A stretch of 64,000 nucleotides of DNA from an uncultured candidate division Zixibacteria bacterium (GTDB lineage Bacteria > Zixibacteria > MSB-5A5 > GN15 > PGXB01). The translations under genes were made by a program, and so were the position numbers. The stretch lies in NCBI GenBank assembly GCA_963702205.1, contig OY969724.1:2976001-3040000 (forward strand), given 5' to 3'. Positions 50,401 to 61,500 of the stretch are shown here, one piece after another (positions within the stretch are counted from its first letter, which is position 1; each line of letters begins with the position of its first letter). The notes beneath the pieces are model-generated. The model was not told the DNA's origin. It made no database searches and was given only the letters and a program-made list of their open reading frames with translations.

Positions 50401-50425
50401 AAATCCTATCAAAAATTGTAGATTT
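50401..50425. promoter_or_regulatory. Possible Rrf2 autoregulatory operator
   Basis: Imperfect palindrome AAATCCTATCAAAAATTGTAGATTT about 10 nt before the Rrf2 start. Confidence 0.4.
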
Positions 50426-50474
50426 AAACTATATACGGCTCCAGGGAAATATATTTGACTGAAATAATATTTTT

Positions 50475-52010
50475 TCAGGGAGTTGCCCAACCGGGCAAAC
50501 CGCTCAAATCAATCCCGAAAACGGCCCGGCCGATCAAATAGACCGCCGCCGTAACGACAAGAGCGCCAATAAGATTCAGCCAGAGGCCGGTTTTCGCCAT
50601 GGATGCCATGCTGATCCGCTCTGTCCCGAAAATTATAGCATTGGGCGGCGTCGCCACCGGGAGCATAAAAGCGCACGAGGCCGACAGCGTGGCCGGGATC
50701 ATCAAAATCAACGGGTTAACTTCCACCGCCAGCGCCATCGACGCCAGAATGGGCAGGATCATTTGAGTCGTGGCCGTATTGGATGTCAGTTCCGTCAGAA
50801 ACGTTATCATCAAACATACCAGTAATACGATAACGACCACGGGCAGGCCATGAAGACCCGTCAGCTGCCCGCCCAGCCAGTCCGACAGCTTTGATACTTT
50901 GAACGCCTCGGCCAGTGCAAACCCGCCGCCGAACAGCAGCACGATTCCCCAGGGCAACCCCCGGGCCGTGCGCCAGTTCATGATGCGTGTGCGGTCATTT
51001 TTGGCGGGAATTATGAACAATATGATCGATATAAAAATGGCCACGGTGCCGTCGTCGATATACGCCGGAACCAATAACAAATTCGACCAGCCGGGAACCG
51101 TGAGCGATCCGATGACAATGCTCTTCCGAAACAGCCACAGCAGAGCCAAAAGTACGAAGGCCGTCAGGACGGCCTTTTCTTCGTACGACATTTTACCCAG
51201 GCGTTTGTACTCATCTTTAAAGGTCGCACTTTGGGTCGGAACCGAGGATGCCTTGCGCATGTACATCATGTACAACATCAGCCACGCCACGAACAGGAAA
51301 AACACCGCGAACGGCGTCCCGAACACGAACCATTGGGCGAAAGTAATATCCGGCGCGTTCGGAAAAGCAATACTGAAAATGTGTCGGAAGGCTATGTTCG
51401 GCGGCGTGCCGATCAGGGTCGCCGTCCCGCCTATCGACGCCGCGTAGGCAATTCCGATTAACAGACCGGCGGCGTACTTCTTTATGCCCTCAGCCCCGCA
51501 CTGGTCTTCCAGTTTCGATATAACGGCCAGCGCGATCGGAACCATCATCATGGTCGTCGCCGTGTTGGATATCCACATCGACAGAAACGCCGTGGCCGTC
51601 ATAAAGCCGAGCAGGACGCGTGACGGTCCGGCGCCGATGAGCATGATAATTCTTAAAGCGATGCGCCGGTGCAAATCCCAGCGCTGCATGGCCAGGGCCA
51701 CGATAAAGCCGCCAACAAAGAGGAAGATGACGCTGTTGAAATAATTCGACGCAACGTCCTTGCCCGACATCACCCCCAGAAACGGGAAAAAAACCACCGG
51801 TATCAGGGCCGTGACCGCGATCGGGATGGCCTCGGTAATCCACCAGACGGCCATTAGCAACGCCACCGCAGCAGTGCGCGTAACCGCCGGATTCGACGGA
51901 TCGAGATTGGTAAAGAATAATATTATCAGAAACAGCGTGAACCCCAGTATCAATCCGAAAAACTTCAGGGGAAAACGTTTTTGGTTGATCGCTGAATTAT
52001 CCAAACTCAT
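50475..52010 (-). CDS. SLC13/DASS-family sodium:anion (di/tricarboxylate or sulfate) symporter
   Basis: WWITEAIP, SMWISNTATT, IGTPPN, TELTSNTAT and MLPVATPPNA. Confidence 0.92.
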   Translation of the reverse strand: MSLDNSAINQKRFPLKFFGLILGFTLFLIILFFTNLDPSNPAVTRTAAVALLMAVWWITEAIPIAVTALIPVVFFPFLGVMSGKDVASNYFNSVIFLFVGGFIVALAMQRWDLHRRIALRIIMLIGAGPSRVLLGFMTATAFLSMWISNTATTMMMVPIALAVISKLEDQCGAEGIKKYAAGLLIGIAYAASIGGTATLIGTPPNIAFRHIFSIAFPNAPDITFAQWFVFGTPFAVFFLFVAWLMLYMMYMRKASSVPTQSATFKDEYKRLGKMSYEEKAVLTAFVLLALLWLFRKSIVIGSLTVPGWSNLLLVPAYIDDGTVAIFISIILFIIPAKNDRTRIMNWRTARGLPWGIVLLFGGGFALAEAFKVSKLSDWLGGQLTGLHGLPVVVIVLLVCLMITFLTELTSNTATTQMILPILASMALAVEVNPLILMIPATLSASCAFMLPVATPPNAIIFGTERISMASMAKTGLWLNLIGALVVTAAVYLIGRAVFGIDLSGLPGWATP

Positions 52011-52048
52011 GATGTCCCAAGTAAGACGCGCGTTACTTCATCGTTGAA

Positions 52049-52345
52049 TTAAATCTGATCGGCCAGTTCCACCAGGCGCTTGTACGGTATCGCCAGCCAG
52101 CTCTCGGCCTGCATGGCCCCGTGAGCCAGGCTGATCAAAGATACTTTGGCCGCGACTTCTTCGTCAGGCGCTTCATAGATATCCACGAAATCGTACGCCC
52201 CCAGCAGCGCGTAGTGCGCCAGGAACCGTACTTCGGGACATTTTTCCCGCACCTGATCCAGCCACGTTCGTCCCAGTTCGGCCCGGTCTTTGACTTTGGT
52301 CGATATTTCCGGTGAAAGCTTGGTCATAAGCATAAAGGTTTTCAT
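52049..52345 (-). CDS. GYD-domain protein
   Basis: YALLGAYDFVDIYEAPDEE; ATG 52345 with AGGAGG RBS. Confidence 0.8.
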   Translation of the reverse strand: MKTFMLMTKLSPEISTKVKDRAELGRTWLDQVREKCPEVRFLAHYALLGAYDFVDIYEAPDEEVAAKVSLISLAHGAMQAESWLAIPYKRLVELADQI

Positions 52346-52568
52346 ATTTCCTCCTTTCGTCATTGGGTATAAGCCGTCGGATCCATCACTCTTCCGCCAA
52401 AAAAAATCGCCACGGCGGGTATTTCTGAATATTGTACTGGTACATTCATGCCAAAAAGCGGAGCGTCGAACAATGGAACAACACGTTTCACGGTACCCCT
52501 CCTAATTTCAGACCTATATATAATATGCCCCGATTTAAAATATTGTGCAAACTAATTTTAGTGAAAAC

Positions 52569-52961
52569 CTAAGAACCAAGAATGTCGGACAATATGCGCA
52601 AATGATCGAAAGCCAGATCCATTTCAAAATAATCACCGGTCTTGATTGCTTCCGCCGCGTCACTCGCGGCGTCCAGTTCACCGCCGACCGGGGCTGCCAA
52701 AAATACCACGGAAACGACGTGGCCTCGGGGATCCCGGCCCGGTTCGGAATAAACCCCGACCAGTCGTTCGAGCTTTACGATCAGACCGGTTTCTTCTTTG
52801 GCTTCGCGGACAGCCGCCTGCTCGACCGTTTCGCCGATCTCCACCCCGCCGCCGGGCAACGCCCAATGCCCCTCGAACGGCTTATACTTTCTCTTAATGA
52901 GAACAATCTGGTTGTCGGGATAACGGATTATAACGTCGGCGGCCAGTGACGGACTTTTCAT
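52569..52961 (-). CDS. NUDIX hydrolase
   Basis: Nudix box GGGVEIGETVEQAAVREAKEETGL and RDPRGH. Confidence 0.92.
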   Translation of the reverse strand: MKSPSLAADVIIRYPDNQIVLIKRKYKPFEGHWALPGGGVEIGETVEQAAVREAKEETGLIVKLERLVGVYSEPGRDPRGHVVSVVFLAAPVGGELDAASDAAEAIKTGDYFEMDLAFDHLRILSDILGS

Positions 52962-53317
52962 TTCGTTTTTCTCCGCGGTCGTTTTTTCTTTATCGGAGCG
53001 CGGCGGGCCACGTCTACGGCTTTGCCCGCCCAATTCAGCAGCAAATCATCGTTTTCGATAACGTCGGCCGGGACTTCATCGTACTTCATGGGCGGTCCCT
53101 CATCTCCGTGCGGCCGGAACGGTTCCATTCCGGCCTCCTGAAAATCGCCAATATTTTTTTCATCTACTTTAAAATACAAAGCATTATCGCTTACGATCCC
53201 AAAAAACAACTGGCCGCAGTAAATTCCCATCGCCCCGAACATCCGGCGCATGACAATTTGGCCCAACGGCTCCAGACGTTCATGAACGAAGTCGGCGTAT
53301 TCTTTGCTGACCGACAC
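52958..53317 (-). CDS. TfoX/Sxy N-terminal domain protein
   Basis: RRMFGAMGIY and LYFKVD motifs; ATGA overlap with the NUDIX gene. Confidence 0.85.
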   Translation of the reverse strand: MSVSKEYADFVHERLEPLGQIVMRRMFGAMGIYCGQLFFGIVSDNALYFKVDEKNIGDFQEAGMEPFRPHGDEGPPMKYDEVPADVIENDDLLLNWAGKAVDVARRAPIKKKRPRRKTK

Positions 53318-53320
53318 GCT

Positions 53321-53674
53321 TTATTTCCTGATGTTAAGCATCATCAAAATCTGTTGCGCCTGAAGCTGGTTGTACTCCAGCGCCAGCGTCCGGTAATTGA
53401 CCAGATCGACAATCGTCCCGATAAAGCACAGCCCGGCCGTCAGGAGATACAACAGTCCCATTCCGACCTGCCCGAGGTAAAAGCGATGAACCCCGGAGAC
53501 ACCGACAAATCCGATCAGTGCCATCAGCATGATCGTCTGCGCGTCGCGCCTGCGGCTGCGATAGACCATGGAGAACTGCTGGGCGGTTTCATCGTTCATG
53601 TCTTTCATCATATTGCCGATGAACATCATTTCGTCGCCGTCAATTTCCGGTAAAAATCTTAATACGTCGGCCAT
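53321..53674 (-). CDS. TM2-domain membrane protein
   Basis: GVHRFYLGQVGMGLLYLLTAGLCFIGTIVDL. Confidence 0.88.
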   Translation of the reverse strand: MADVLRFLPEIDGDEMMFIGNMMKDMNDETAQQFSMVYRSRRRDAQTIMLMALIGFVGVSGVHRFYLGQVGMGLLYLLTAGLCFIGTIVDLVNYRTLALEYNQLQAQQILMMLNIRK

Positions 53675-53675
53675 T

Positions 53676-53981
53676 CTATCCTCCGATCAAAATTAACTTA
53701 TATTTCAAGACTGACAACTTAACCAACTGCACCACCCTCCATATTATGATCCCCAGGGCGGGGATTCCCAGCGGGTGGCAGTGCCACGACTCACCCGCAT
53801 AACCGTGTATGAAAAGGGATATCGACTGCCCCAGCCCGCAGCCCGGACAAAAATTAAAACCGAGGTTTTTTAATGGACATATCGATAAATGCGATGATGC
53901 ATGTGGGTCGAGGGCGGATAGATACATCAATCCGCCGATCCAGAAAACCAATTCGATATTTATTAATTTCAAATATTTCAT
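53676..53981 (-). CDS. DUF2752-family membrane protein
   Basis: CPL...CPGCGLGQS...HPLG motif; adjacent to the TM2 gene. Confidence 0.85.
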   Translation of the reverse strand: MKYLKLINIELVFWIGGLMYLSALDPHASSHLSICPLKNLGFNFCPGCGLGQSISLFIHGYAGESWHCHPLGIPALGIIIWRVVQLVKLSVLKYKLILIGG

Positions 53982-54180
53982 ATGATTTATCTTACGTTAA
54001 TCCCGCCATAAATATACCGAAAAAACCTGCGCCAATTCAAAATAATATGGCCCATACAGGTTCACAATTAAATCACGAATTTTTCCTGGTCACAATGACA
54101 GATTATAATGACTTTGTGATTGAATCCCAAGCGATAAATTGATATTATGTCCCGAACGCTTACTCAATATGGAGGCAATA

Positions 54181-55839
54181 ATGGCACGCAAACTAATGTC
54201 AACAATATGCTTATTGATAGTCCTGGCCTTGACATCTGTAATCTCGTCGCAGGCCTGCACGAGCCTTCTGGTGACCAAATCGGCGTCAAAGGACGGCTCG
54301 ACTTTTATTACATATACTTGTGACGGGCGGTTTCATCCGCGCTTATGGATAAAGCCCGCCGCCGACCATCCCGAGGGTGACTCGCTCAAAATCGAGGATT
54401 GGCTCGGAAATGTGAAGGGCTGGATAAAACAGATTCCGCATACGTACGGTGTTATCGGTCTTATGAACGAACATCAGCTCAGCATATCTGAAACGACTTT
54501 CGAGGGGCGTCCCGAACTGGAAAACCCCGAAGGTATTCTGCACTATTGGGACCTCATGGACCTGGCGCTGCAGCGCGCCAAAACGGCCCGCGAAGCTATC
54601 AAAGTAATGACCGACCTTGTCGCCGAATACGGCTACTGTGCCACCGGCGAAACGTTTTCAATTGCCGACCCCAATGAAGTCTGGATAATGGAACTGATCG
54701 GCATGGGTATCGACCGTAAAGGAGCGGTCTGGGTGGCCGAGAAAATCCCCGACGGTTACATTTGCGCCCATGCCAACAAAGCCCGCATAAGTACCTTTCC
54801 CCTCGATGATCCCAGGAACTGCCTTTATGCGAAAAACGTCATTTCCTTTGCCGATGAGATGGGCTATTACGATCCGGCGTCGGGACAGCCATTCAGTTTT
54901 TGCGACGTCTACTGCCCGGCCGACGCCAAAAACCGACGTTATTGCGACAGCCGGGTATGGAGCCTCTTCAGGCGCGCCGCCCCGTCTATGAACTTGTCTT
55001 TGGATATTACGAGGTCGGTCGAAGGCGCCGAGGACTATCCTCTCTGGATTAAGCCCGACAATAAGTTGTCATTGGAAGACGTCATGTTACTGATGCGAGA
55101 TCACTACGAAGGCACCCCTCTGGACATGACCAAAGGCATTGCGGCCGGGCCCTACGGGACACCCGATCGCTGGCGGCCGTTGTCCTGGAGCGTCGAAGAC
55201 AAAAACGGCGACACGGTCGAAGGCAGTTGGGAGCGCCCGATTTCAACCCAGCAAACCGGCTTTTCCAGCATCGCGCAGTGCCGCTCCTGGCTGCCGAATC
55301 CTGTCGGCGGCGTTTACTGGTATGGTGTCGATGACACCTGGTTCACCTGCTATTGCCCGCTCTACGCCGGGATCGATGCCATTCCCAAATCATTCACGGT
55401 CGGAAGCATCGATCAATTTTCATGGGAATCAGCCTGGTGGGTATTCAATTTCGTTTCCAATTTTGCCAATCTCAGGTATCAATATATGATACAGGACATA
55501 CAGGCCGTCCAGAAAGAACTCGAAGGCAACGCTCTTTCTTTGCAGCCCGCCATAGAAAAAACGGCGCTGGAAACGTACAAAAAGAATCGCTCAACCGCTC
55601 AGAATTTCCTTACCGATTATTGCGTCTCCAATGCCGAAACAGTTGTCGGGCGCTGGAAGGAGTTGGGCGAGCATTTGATAGTCAAGTACAACGACGGATA
55701 CATTTTAAAAAAAGACGGCTCAGCCGAAGGAATCGGCTATCCCGAGACATGGCTGAAGACGATAGTCGATCAGAATCCCGAAAAGTACATTCTCCCGCAG
55801 GCGACAGACAGCACCGCAGAATCGAAACTGGTCGATTGA
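54181..55839 (+). CDS. Peptidase family C69 (dipeptidase), exported
   Basis: Signal peptide then ACTS (Ntn cysteine), MNEHQLSISETT, GETFSIAD and WERPIS; GGAGG RBS before ATG 54181. Confidence 0.9.
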   Translation: MARKLMSTICLLIVLALTSVISSQACTSLLVTKSASKDGSTFITYTCDGRFHPRLWIKPAADHPEGDSLKIEDWLGNVKGWIKQIPHTYGVIGLMNEHQLSISETTFEGRPELENPEGILHYWDLMDLALQRAKTAREAIKVMTDLVAEYGYCATGETFSIADPNEVWIMELIGMGIDRKGAVWVAEKIPDGYICAHANKARISTFPLDDPRNCLYAKNVISFADEMGYYDPASGQPFSFCDVYCPADAKNRRYCDSRVWSLFRRAAPSMNLSLDITRSVEGAEDYPLWIKPDNKLSLEDVMLLMRDHYEGTPLDMTKGIAAGPYGTPDRWRPLSWSVEDKNGDTVEGSWERPISTQQTGFSSIAQCRSWLPNPVGGVYWYGVDDTWFTCYCPLYAGIDAIPKSFTVGSIDQFSWESAWWVFNFVSNFANLRYQYMIQDIQAVQKELEGNALSLQPAIEKTALETYKKNRSTAQNFLTDYCVSNAETVVGRWKELGEHLIVKYNDGYILKKDGSAEGIGYPETWLKTIVDQNPEKYILPQATDSTAESKLVD

Positions 55840-55850
55840 ATTATCGCCAA

Positions 55851-56339
55851 TCAGTCGCTTTCAACCGGCGGCGGGACGTCGGCGGCGCGTTTGGCTACGG
55901 CTGCCGAGCGTGATTTTGGCATCGATTTGAACTTGGTGCCGCCACGGGATTTGATTTCATTGAAAATGTCCGAAAACAGAGTTAATTGCTGAGGCGGCGA
56001 AGATTTTCCCATCGAGGCGCTGTCCTTGTACACGTAAACCATGTCACCGTCGCATTCTATTTCCGGAATGTCCAGGGCCATGCGGCATTCTTCGACAAAG
56101 TGATCCAATACTTCTCTGGCTTCGGACGGCGACGCCGACTGCCGAATTATACCGAGGTGGCTTTTGAACATCACGAACTGCATGTCCAGAAACTGCTGGC
56201 AGGAACTTTTTCGCAGGCCAATCCTCCATTCAGCATATTCGCCACCGTATTTGTCGATATAATTGCCTATATCTTTGATAATCCGCTTAACCCGTGGCAT
56301 TGACTTTGTCTTGTTTCTTCCGTTAGCAATTTCGGCCAT
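55851..56339 (-). CDS. Hypothetical protein
   Basis: 162-aa ORF filling the gap; no family recognised. Confidence 0.55.
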   Translation of the reverse strand: MAEIANGRNKTKSMPRVKRIIKDIGNYIDKYGGEYAEWRIGLRKSSCQQFLDMQFVMFKSHLGIIRQSASPSEAREVLDHFVEECRMALDIPEIECDGDMVYVYKDSASMGKSSPPQQLTLFSDIFNEIKSRGGTKFKSMPKSRSAAVAKRAADVPPPVESD

Positions 56340-56447
56340 ATAATTCTAACTTCCTTGTTAATCAGTTATGCCCGCATTGATTCGTAATCCGTCCAACTTG
56401 ATATAGACCAATACGAATAAAACGTCTTTTCCCGTTAAAATTTTTCA

Positions 56448-56786
56448 TCAGACCGTTTCGGGGCATTCCTTTTCCACGTCTTCCGTGATTTTAAGCAGTT
56501 TTTCGTAGGGTATCGCCAGCCAGCTTTCCACTTCCGAGGCACCGTAATTGCGAGTCAATAAAGAAACTTTCGCGGCTATTTCTTCGTCGGGCGCCTCATA
56601 AATGTCCATGAAGTCCCAATGACCCATCAGGGCGTAATGGGCCTTAAACGTGACCTGTGGACATTTCTCGCGGATTATGTCCAGCCATTCGCGGCCGGTA
56701 CGGTTCCTTTTACGCAGTCCCGCGCTCACTTCGACCAGCAGCGCGTCGTTCGCCGCCAGCCGGGTCATAAGTACAAACGTCTTCAT
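56448..56786 (-). CDS. GYD-domain protein, paralog of 52049-52345
   Basis: HYALMGHWDFMDIYEAPDEEIAAKVSL; AGGAGG RBS. Confidence 0.8.
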   Translation of the reverse strand: MKTFVLMTRLAANDALLVEVSAGLRKRNRTGREWLDIIREKCPQVTFKAHYALMGHWDFMDIYEAPDEEIAAKVSLLTRNYGASEVESWLAIPYEKLLKITEDVEKECPETV

Positions 56787-57039
56787 CGGAGACCTCCTGT
56801 ACCGTTAAACTCAGGAGACTGTCGTGGTGGGTTTTTATTGTTGATGCAAAATCTCGGTGAAGGGGCTATCTACCCGTCGTATACGAAAAATATACCCAAT
56901 CGGCCCTAAAAAAGAAAGATAAATTTCGAGCGTATTTCAATTTACATCGAGAGACAGCCGCATGGCCCTGTCCCTCAGGAAGTTATATTTCACACAGAGC
57001 GTCGTAAATTATTATCGCAAATTCTATATTCTTGTCGCT

Positions 57040-58446
57040 TTATTGCAATTTTCCCGTCATCGGGTCCCAGTACGGAATAACAACCGGTTTCTTGTCGAAA
57101 ATCTTCATGACATCATCCGGAACGTATTTCTTCTTGACTATTATATTGTACCCATACATATCGAACCAGTCATTGTACATTGTCCAATAGCCTTTGTCGC
57201 CGCTTTTTTCGCCCCAGCTGTTTTCCACCCGCCATTTGGTGCTTTTTCCGTCGGTTGTATCCACTCCCACCATTACCATCAGGTGATTGGCCGAATTCTG
57301 CTGAAGGAGCGCGCGGGTAGCCTTGTCCATGCCCAGATCGGTATCGAACAGACCCTGATAGTCGTATATATTCCGCGCCATTATGCCCTGCTTGCGGTCC
57401 TGATCCTCATTGACATCCGCCGAAAATGCCACGGGATCGTCGTTGAGCACGGACTTAAGAGCGATCTGACGTATTACATCCATGGATACGTTGGCATAGT
57501 CGACGTCCTCGCGGTCGTACATATTTCGTGACAGTGCCCCCTTGATATGCAGCCCGTAGTCCCTGGTGGGATTATTGAATATATTGACGTACTCTGACAG
57601 GTCGATCCCGACAAAATCTTTGTAAAAGTTCTGGGGCGTGTACTGTTTTGGTTCACTCAAGGTACTGTCATCCACCTTGTAGCGCCAGGTGAATTCCGTC
57701 GGCGGTTCCCCGAGATTGATGACGAGCAGACGGTATATATCGGGCAGCATACCTTCTTTGGCCTTGCGCATATCATCGACCGTACTGCCATTCTTGTACA
57801 TCTGTCGCAAAACGCCGGCGTCGCGCCTCAGCTTAAGGCCGAGAATTCTGTTCATCAGGACGGTGTGTCCGGAACTTTTGGTTTCCGGCATAATGTCCTT
57901 GGGCACGGCTCCATATTTACCGATCAGATCGACCGTGTAACGGAAATAACCGCCGTCGTCGTCCGGCGACTTCAAAATCGATTGCAGTTCGCGGTCGAGA
58001 GGATCGCGGTCCCGAAACTCGATCATATATTCGAGAAATGTATTGGCCTTTTCGAATTTGTCCCAAAAAGCCAGGTAATTCTGGGAAAATTCGAAGTCAT
58101 CCAGCTTGTACTTATTGATGACGTAGGACCGTATCAAATTCAGGCTGGCGAACAACCAGCACCGTCCGCTCGATTCCTGGGCGGTAATCCCCTTGACTTT
58201 CAATTTATGATTAAACATGTCGTTGGTATTGCGGACTATGTCGCGATTGAGGGCCAGATCGTTAATGTTCGCATTGGTGACGGCATTATAAACCGCTCTC
58301 GAAAACGAATCCAGCTTGAACGATTTCTGAAGGTTCTGAATATATTCGGTGGAAATCCCTCCCTCGCCGCAAACGGCCGTCGCGGCGGTTATAACCGTCA
58401 ACATGACGGCGGAAATTATGGACGAATAGAAAACTCGTCTGGACAT
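57040..58446 (-). CDS. pepC: Aminopeptidase C / bleomycin hydrolase (C1B) with signal peptide
   Basis: QESSGRCWLFA, FWDKFEKAN, ANHLM and WRVENSWG; AGGAG RBS before ATG 58446. Confidence 0.9.
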   Translation of the reverse strand: MSRRVFYSSIISAVMLTVITAATAVCGEGGISTEYIQNLQKSFKLDSFSRAVYNAVTNANINDLALNRDIVRNTNDMFNHKLKVKGITAQESSGRCWLFASLNLIRSYVINKYKLDDFEFSQNYLAFWDKFEKANTFLEYMIEFRDRDPLDRELQSILKSPDDDGGYFRYTVDLIGKYGAVPKDIMPETKSSGHTVLMNRILGLKLRRDAGVLRQMYKNGSTVDDMRKAKEGMLPDIYRLLVINLGEPPTEFTWRYKVDDSTLSEPKQYTPQNFYKDFVGIDLSEYVNIFNNPTRDYGLHIKGALSRNMYDREDVDYANVSMDVIRQIALKSVLNDDPVAFSADVNEDQDRKQGIMARNIYDYQGLFDTDLGMDKATRALLQQNSANHLMVMVGVDTTDGKSTKWRVENSWGEKSGDKGYWTMYNDWFDMYGYNIIVKKKYVPDDVMKIFDKKPVVIPYWDPMTGKLQ

Positions 58447-58531
58447 GAACACTCCTGCAGGCTGAAAAGTTAATCCGGTATATATTATACAATGCAGGAG
58501 AAAAAAACAATACCGATATGGTGGAATATTA

Positions 58532-61500
58532 TCAGCTTCGCAACTTCGCCAGCCGCTGTCGGGATTCCTCAATTATATCGAATTTCTTGTCGGCTTTGCC
58601 CCAGTAGTTTAGAACCTCTTCGTACGCTTTTGCGGCGTCGGCATTCTGGCCGAGAGCCTCGTGAGCGCGTCCGATATAATACAATGCGGGGATATATCTG
58701 AAGGCAGTGCTGGTCAACGACTCACCCGCGATAAGTTTGCCGAGATAGTCCAGACCTTCTTTGGCGTGGCCGGTCAAAACGAGCCATTGGCCCATATCAT
58801 AATCATTCTGACTTTCGGACTGGAAAGGCATTTTATTAATTTCTTTGATCGATTCGATCATCGCGGCCGTATCCGCCTTGCACATGGCCTCGAACGATTT
58901 ATTGATAGCATCGCTTATATACCAGAAATCCGGAGGGACGCTCGATTTAAAATATTCCACGGCTTTCTTCCAAAGCTCGCGAGCCTCGGGAGCCCTGCCG
59001 GAGTCCAGATTAACCAAAAATATAGGGTAGCTGAAAGCCTGGAACCTGACCGCCCATTTTGAAGATTCCTGCCCGTAATACAAAGCACTGTCGGTTTGCC
59101 CGAATGTTCGATAGCTATTCGCTATGGACATTAGATTTTCGGCAATATTCGAACTATCGTTTTCAGCCCGGCTGAGTTCAAGGTTTTTGAACATGGCATC
59201 GAAAGCGTCCTTAAAATTACCCTGCCAGTTGTCCAGGTTGGCAACGACTTCATAGTAAGCCATCAAGCGGTAATTATCATCTTCATGTCCCGACTTTATT
59301 TTTTCGGTCCACCGCGCTGCTTCATCGAAATCGTGCTTCAATATGTTGGCGCGGACGATCCTGGTCAGGGCGTTAAGATAGTCCGGTTGCAGTTGCAGCA
59401 GCTGGCGACATTCGTCTATGGCTTTGTCGAACTGGTTTTTAACCATATAAAACGATGACAGGTACAGGTACGACGTGGGTGCATTCGGATAGTACTCCTT
59501 ACACTTTGAGGCGTACTCAATCGCTTTGTCATAATCGTTCATGTCCGAGTAAATCGAAATGATCCGGTCAAGCGCCGGTTGATACCGGGGATCGATCATA
59601 AGAACCGTATCGAGGTGGGCCAAAGCCGTTTTGCGGGACTCATCGCCGCCCCCTTTGGATTGATATATAAAAATAGCCAGGAAAGATCGAGCTTCCTTCT
59701 CTTCCGGGTAATTCTTGACAAAGGTCGACAGGTTGATGAATCCTTCAGTGAAATTGTTATTCACGAATACTTCATAATAAATATCGAGCAGGTTTTGTTC
59801 TTTTATAGCCAGATGATCTTCGTTTTGTTTGGCCAGGGCAAAGAATGGTACGGCGCTTTTAGCCCGGCCCTGCAGAGCGTACGACATGCCGATCCTAAGA
59901 TACGGCAGTGCGAAAGTGGAATCTTCATTTATGGCATTTTTAAAATGACCTATGGCATCGTCGAACAGGTTGGAATAGTACTTTTCCATCCCGAGAATAT
60001 ATTCTTTGTACACTTTCGGAGAAGATGAAGTGAGATCCGAAACCTGTGTGTTCTGACTCATGACGTCTTTCAGGTTCAGAGACTGAGCGATCTTATCGGT
60101 CAGGTCGTCTACCAGATTCAGCGGATTGTCACCCGTCACTTTTTCGGCCAGAATGATCCGGCCGGTTTCGATATCCTCGACCCGGGCATCGATTCTGATC
60201 TGATCACCCAGCTTGAGAAATGATCCGAGCAGCACCTTCGACGCCCCCAGCGATTTCGCGGCCTTAAGACAATCCTGCTGTTCCGGCAGTTCCTCCGGAT
60301 TTTTGGGCGGATTATCCAGTTTGTCCAGAATGCGATTGCGGCTGATTATATTGGCCGACGATCCCTGGCTCAATCCCGTTTGAAGCATGTCGGAGAGTCC
60401 GGCTTGCAGCCAGTTGAGGTCCTTGTCGCCGGTGTTGTTGTCGAAACCGAGAATCGCCAGGGCGTTTTCCCTGGCGTGGAGAGCATTGGCTCCATCTGAA
60501 GAAGGCGATTGGTCGATTTTGAAAATGGCCAATATGATGGCCAAAATTATAATAATCGCACCGACTATTTTTGTCGTCGAAAACGCCCAGGTTTTTTTAA
60601 ACTTGGGAGTAGTAATACCGGATGACGTCAGCGCAGCCGAATCCGACACGCCACTGTCGAATTGCCGACGAAGATTGCGCAGATCGACAACGAGATCGCG
60701 CGTATCCTGGTAGCGGTCGGCCGGGGATTTCTGAAGACATTTGGTGATTATTCTTTCGAGTTCGGCCGGAACCGATTCATTTAAGCTCCGCAGCGGAGCC
60801 GGGCGCGCCTCGAGTATTTTGGCTATGACCGAAACGCGATCCGATGCCTCGAACGGCGATTTGCCGCCGAACATTTTATACAGCAATATCCCGCACGCGA
60901 AAATATCCGAGCGCGAATCAACCGTCTCGCCCCGGGCCTGCTCCGGCGACATATAGGCAATCGTACCGAGGATTTTGCCTTCCTGCGTCAGCTCCTGCGA
61001 GACCGTATTGGTACTGTCAACGACTCCTTCCGACGGCGTCGCATCGAATAGTTTCGCCAATCCGAAATCGAGAATCTTGGGGTCACCGTTAGCGTCGATT
61101 TTAATATTCTCGGCTTTTATGTCGCGGTGGACTATGCCCAGCTTGTGCGCCGCGGCCAATCCGGCGGCGATCTTTTCCGAGAGGCGCAGCAACTCGGCGG
61201 TTGACAGGCTCTTGCTGCTGACGTACTCCGTCAGCGACGGGCCATCGATGTATTCCATCACGATGTATGAAATATCCTTGCCCGATTTTTCTTCCCGGGC
61301 GGTATCCATATCGAATATTGACATGACATTGGGGTTGGAAATCTGTGCGGCGGTCTTGGCTTCACGGATAAACCTCTGGCGGTCCTCGTCGTCGAAGTAT
61401 TCGGAGAGCAAAATCTTAATGGCCACCCGGCGGTTCAATTTCGTGTCTTCGGCCAGATACACTTCACCCATTCCGCCTTCACCCAGCTTGCGAATTATTT

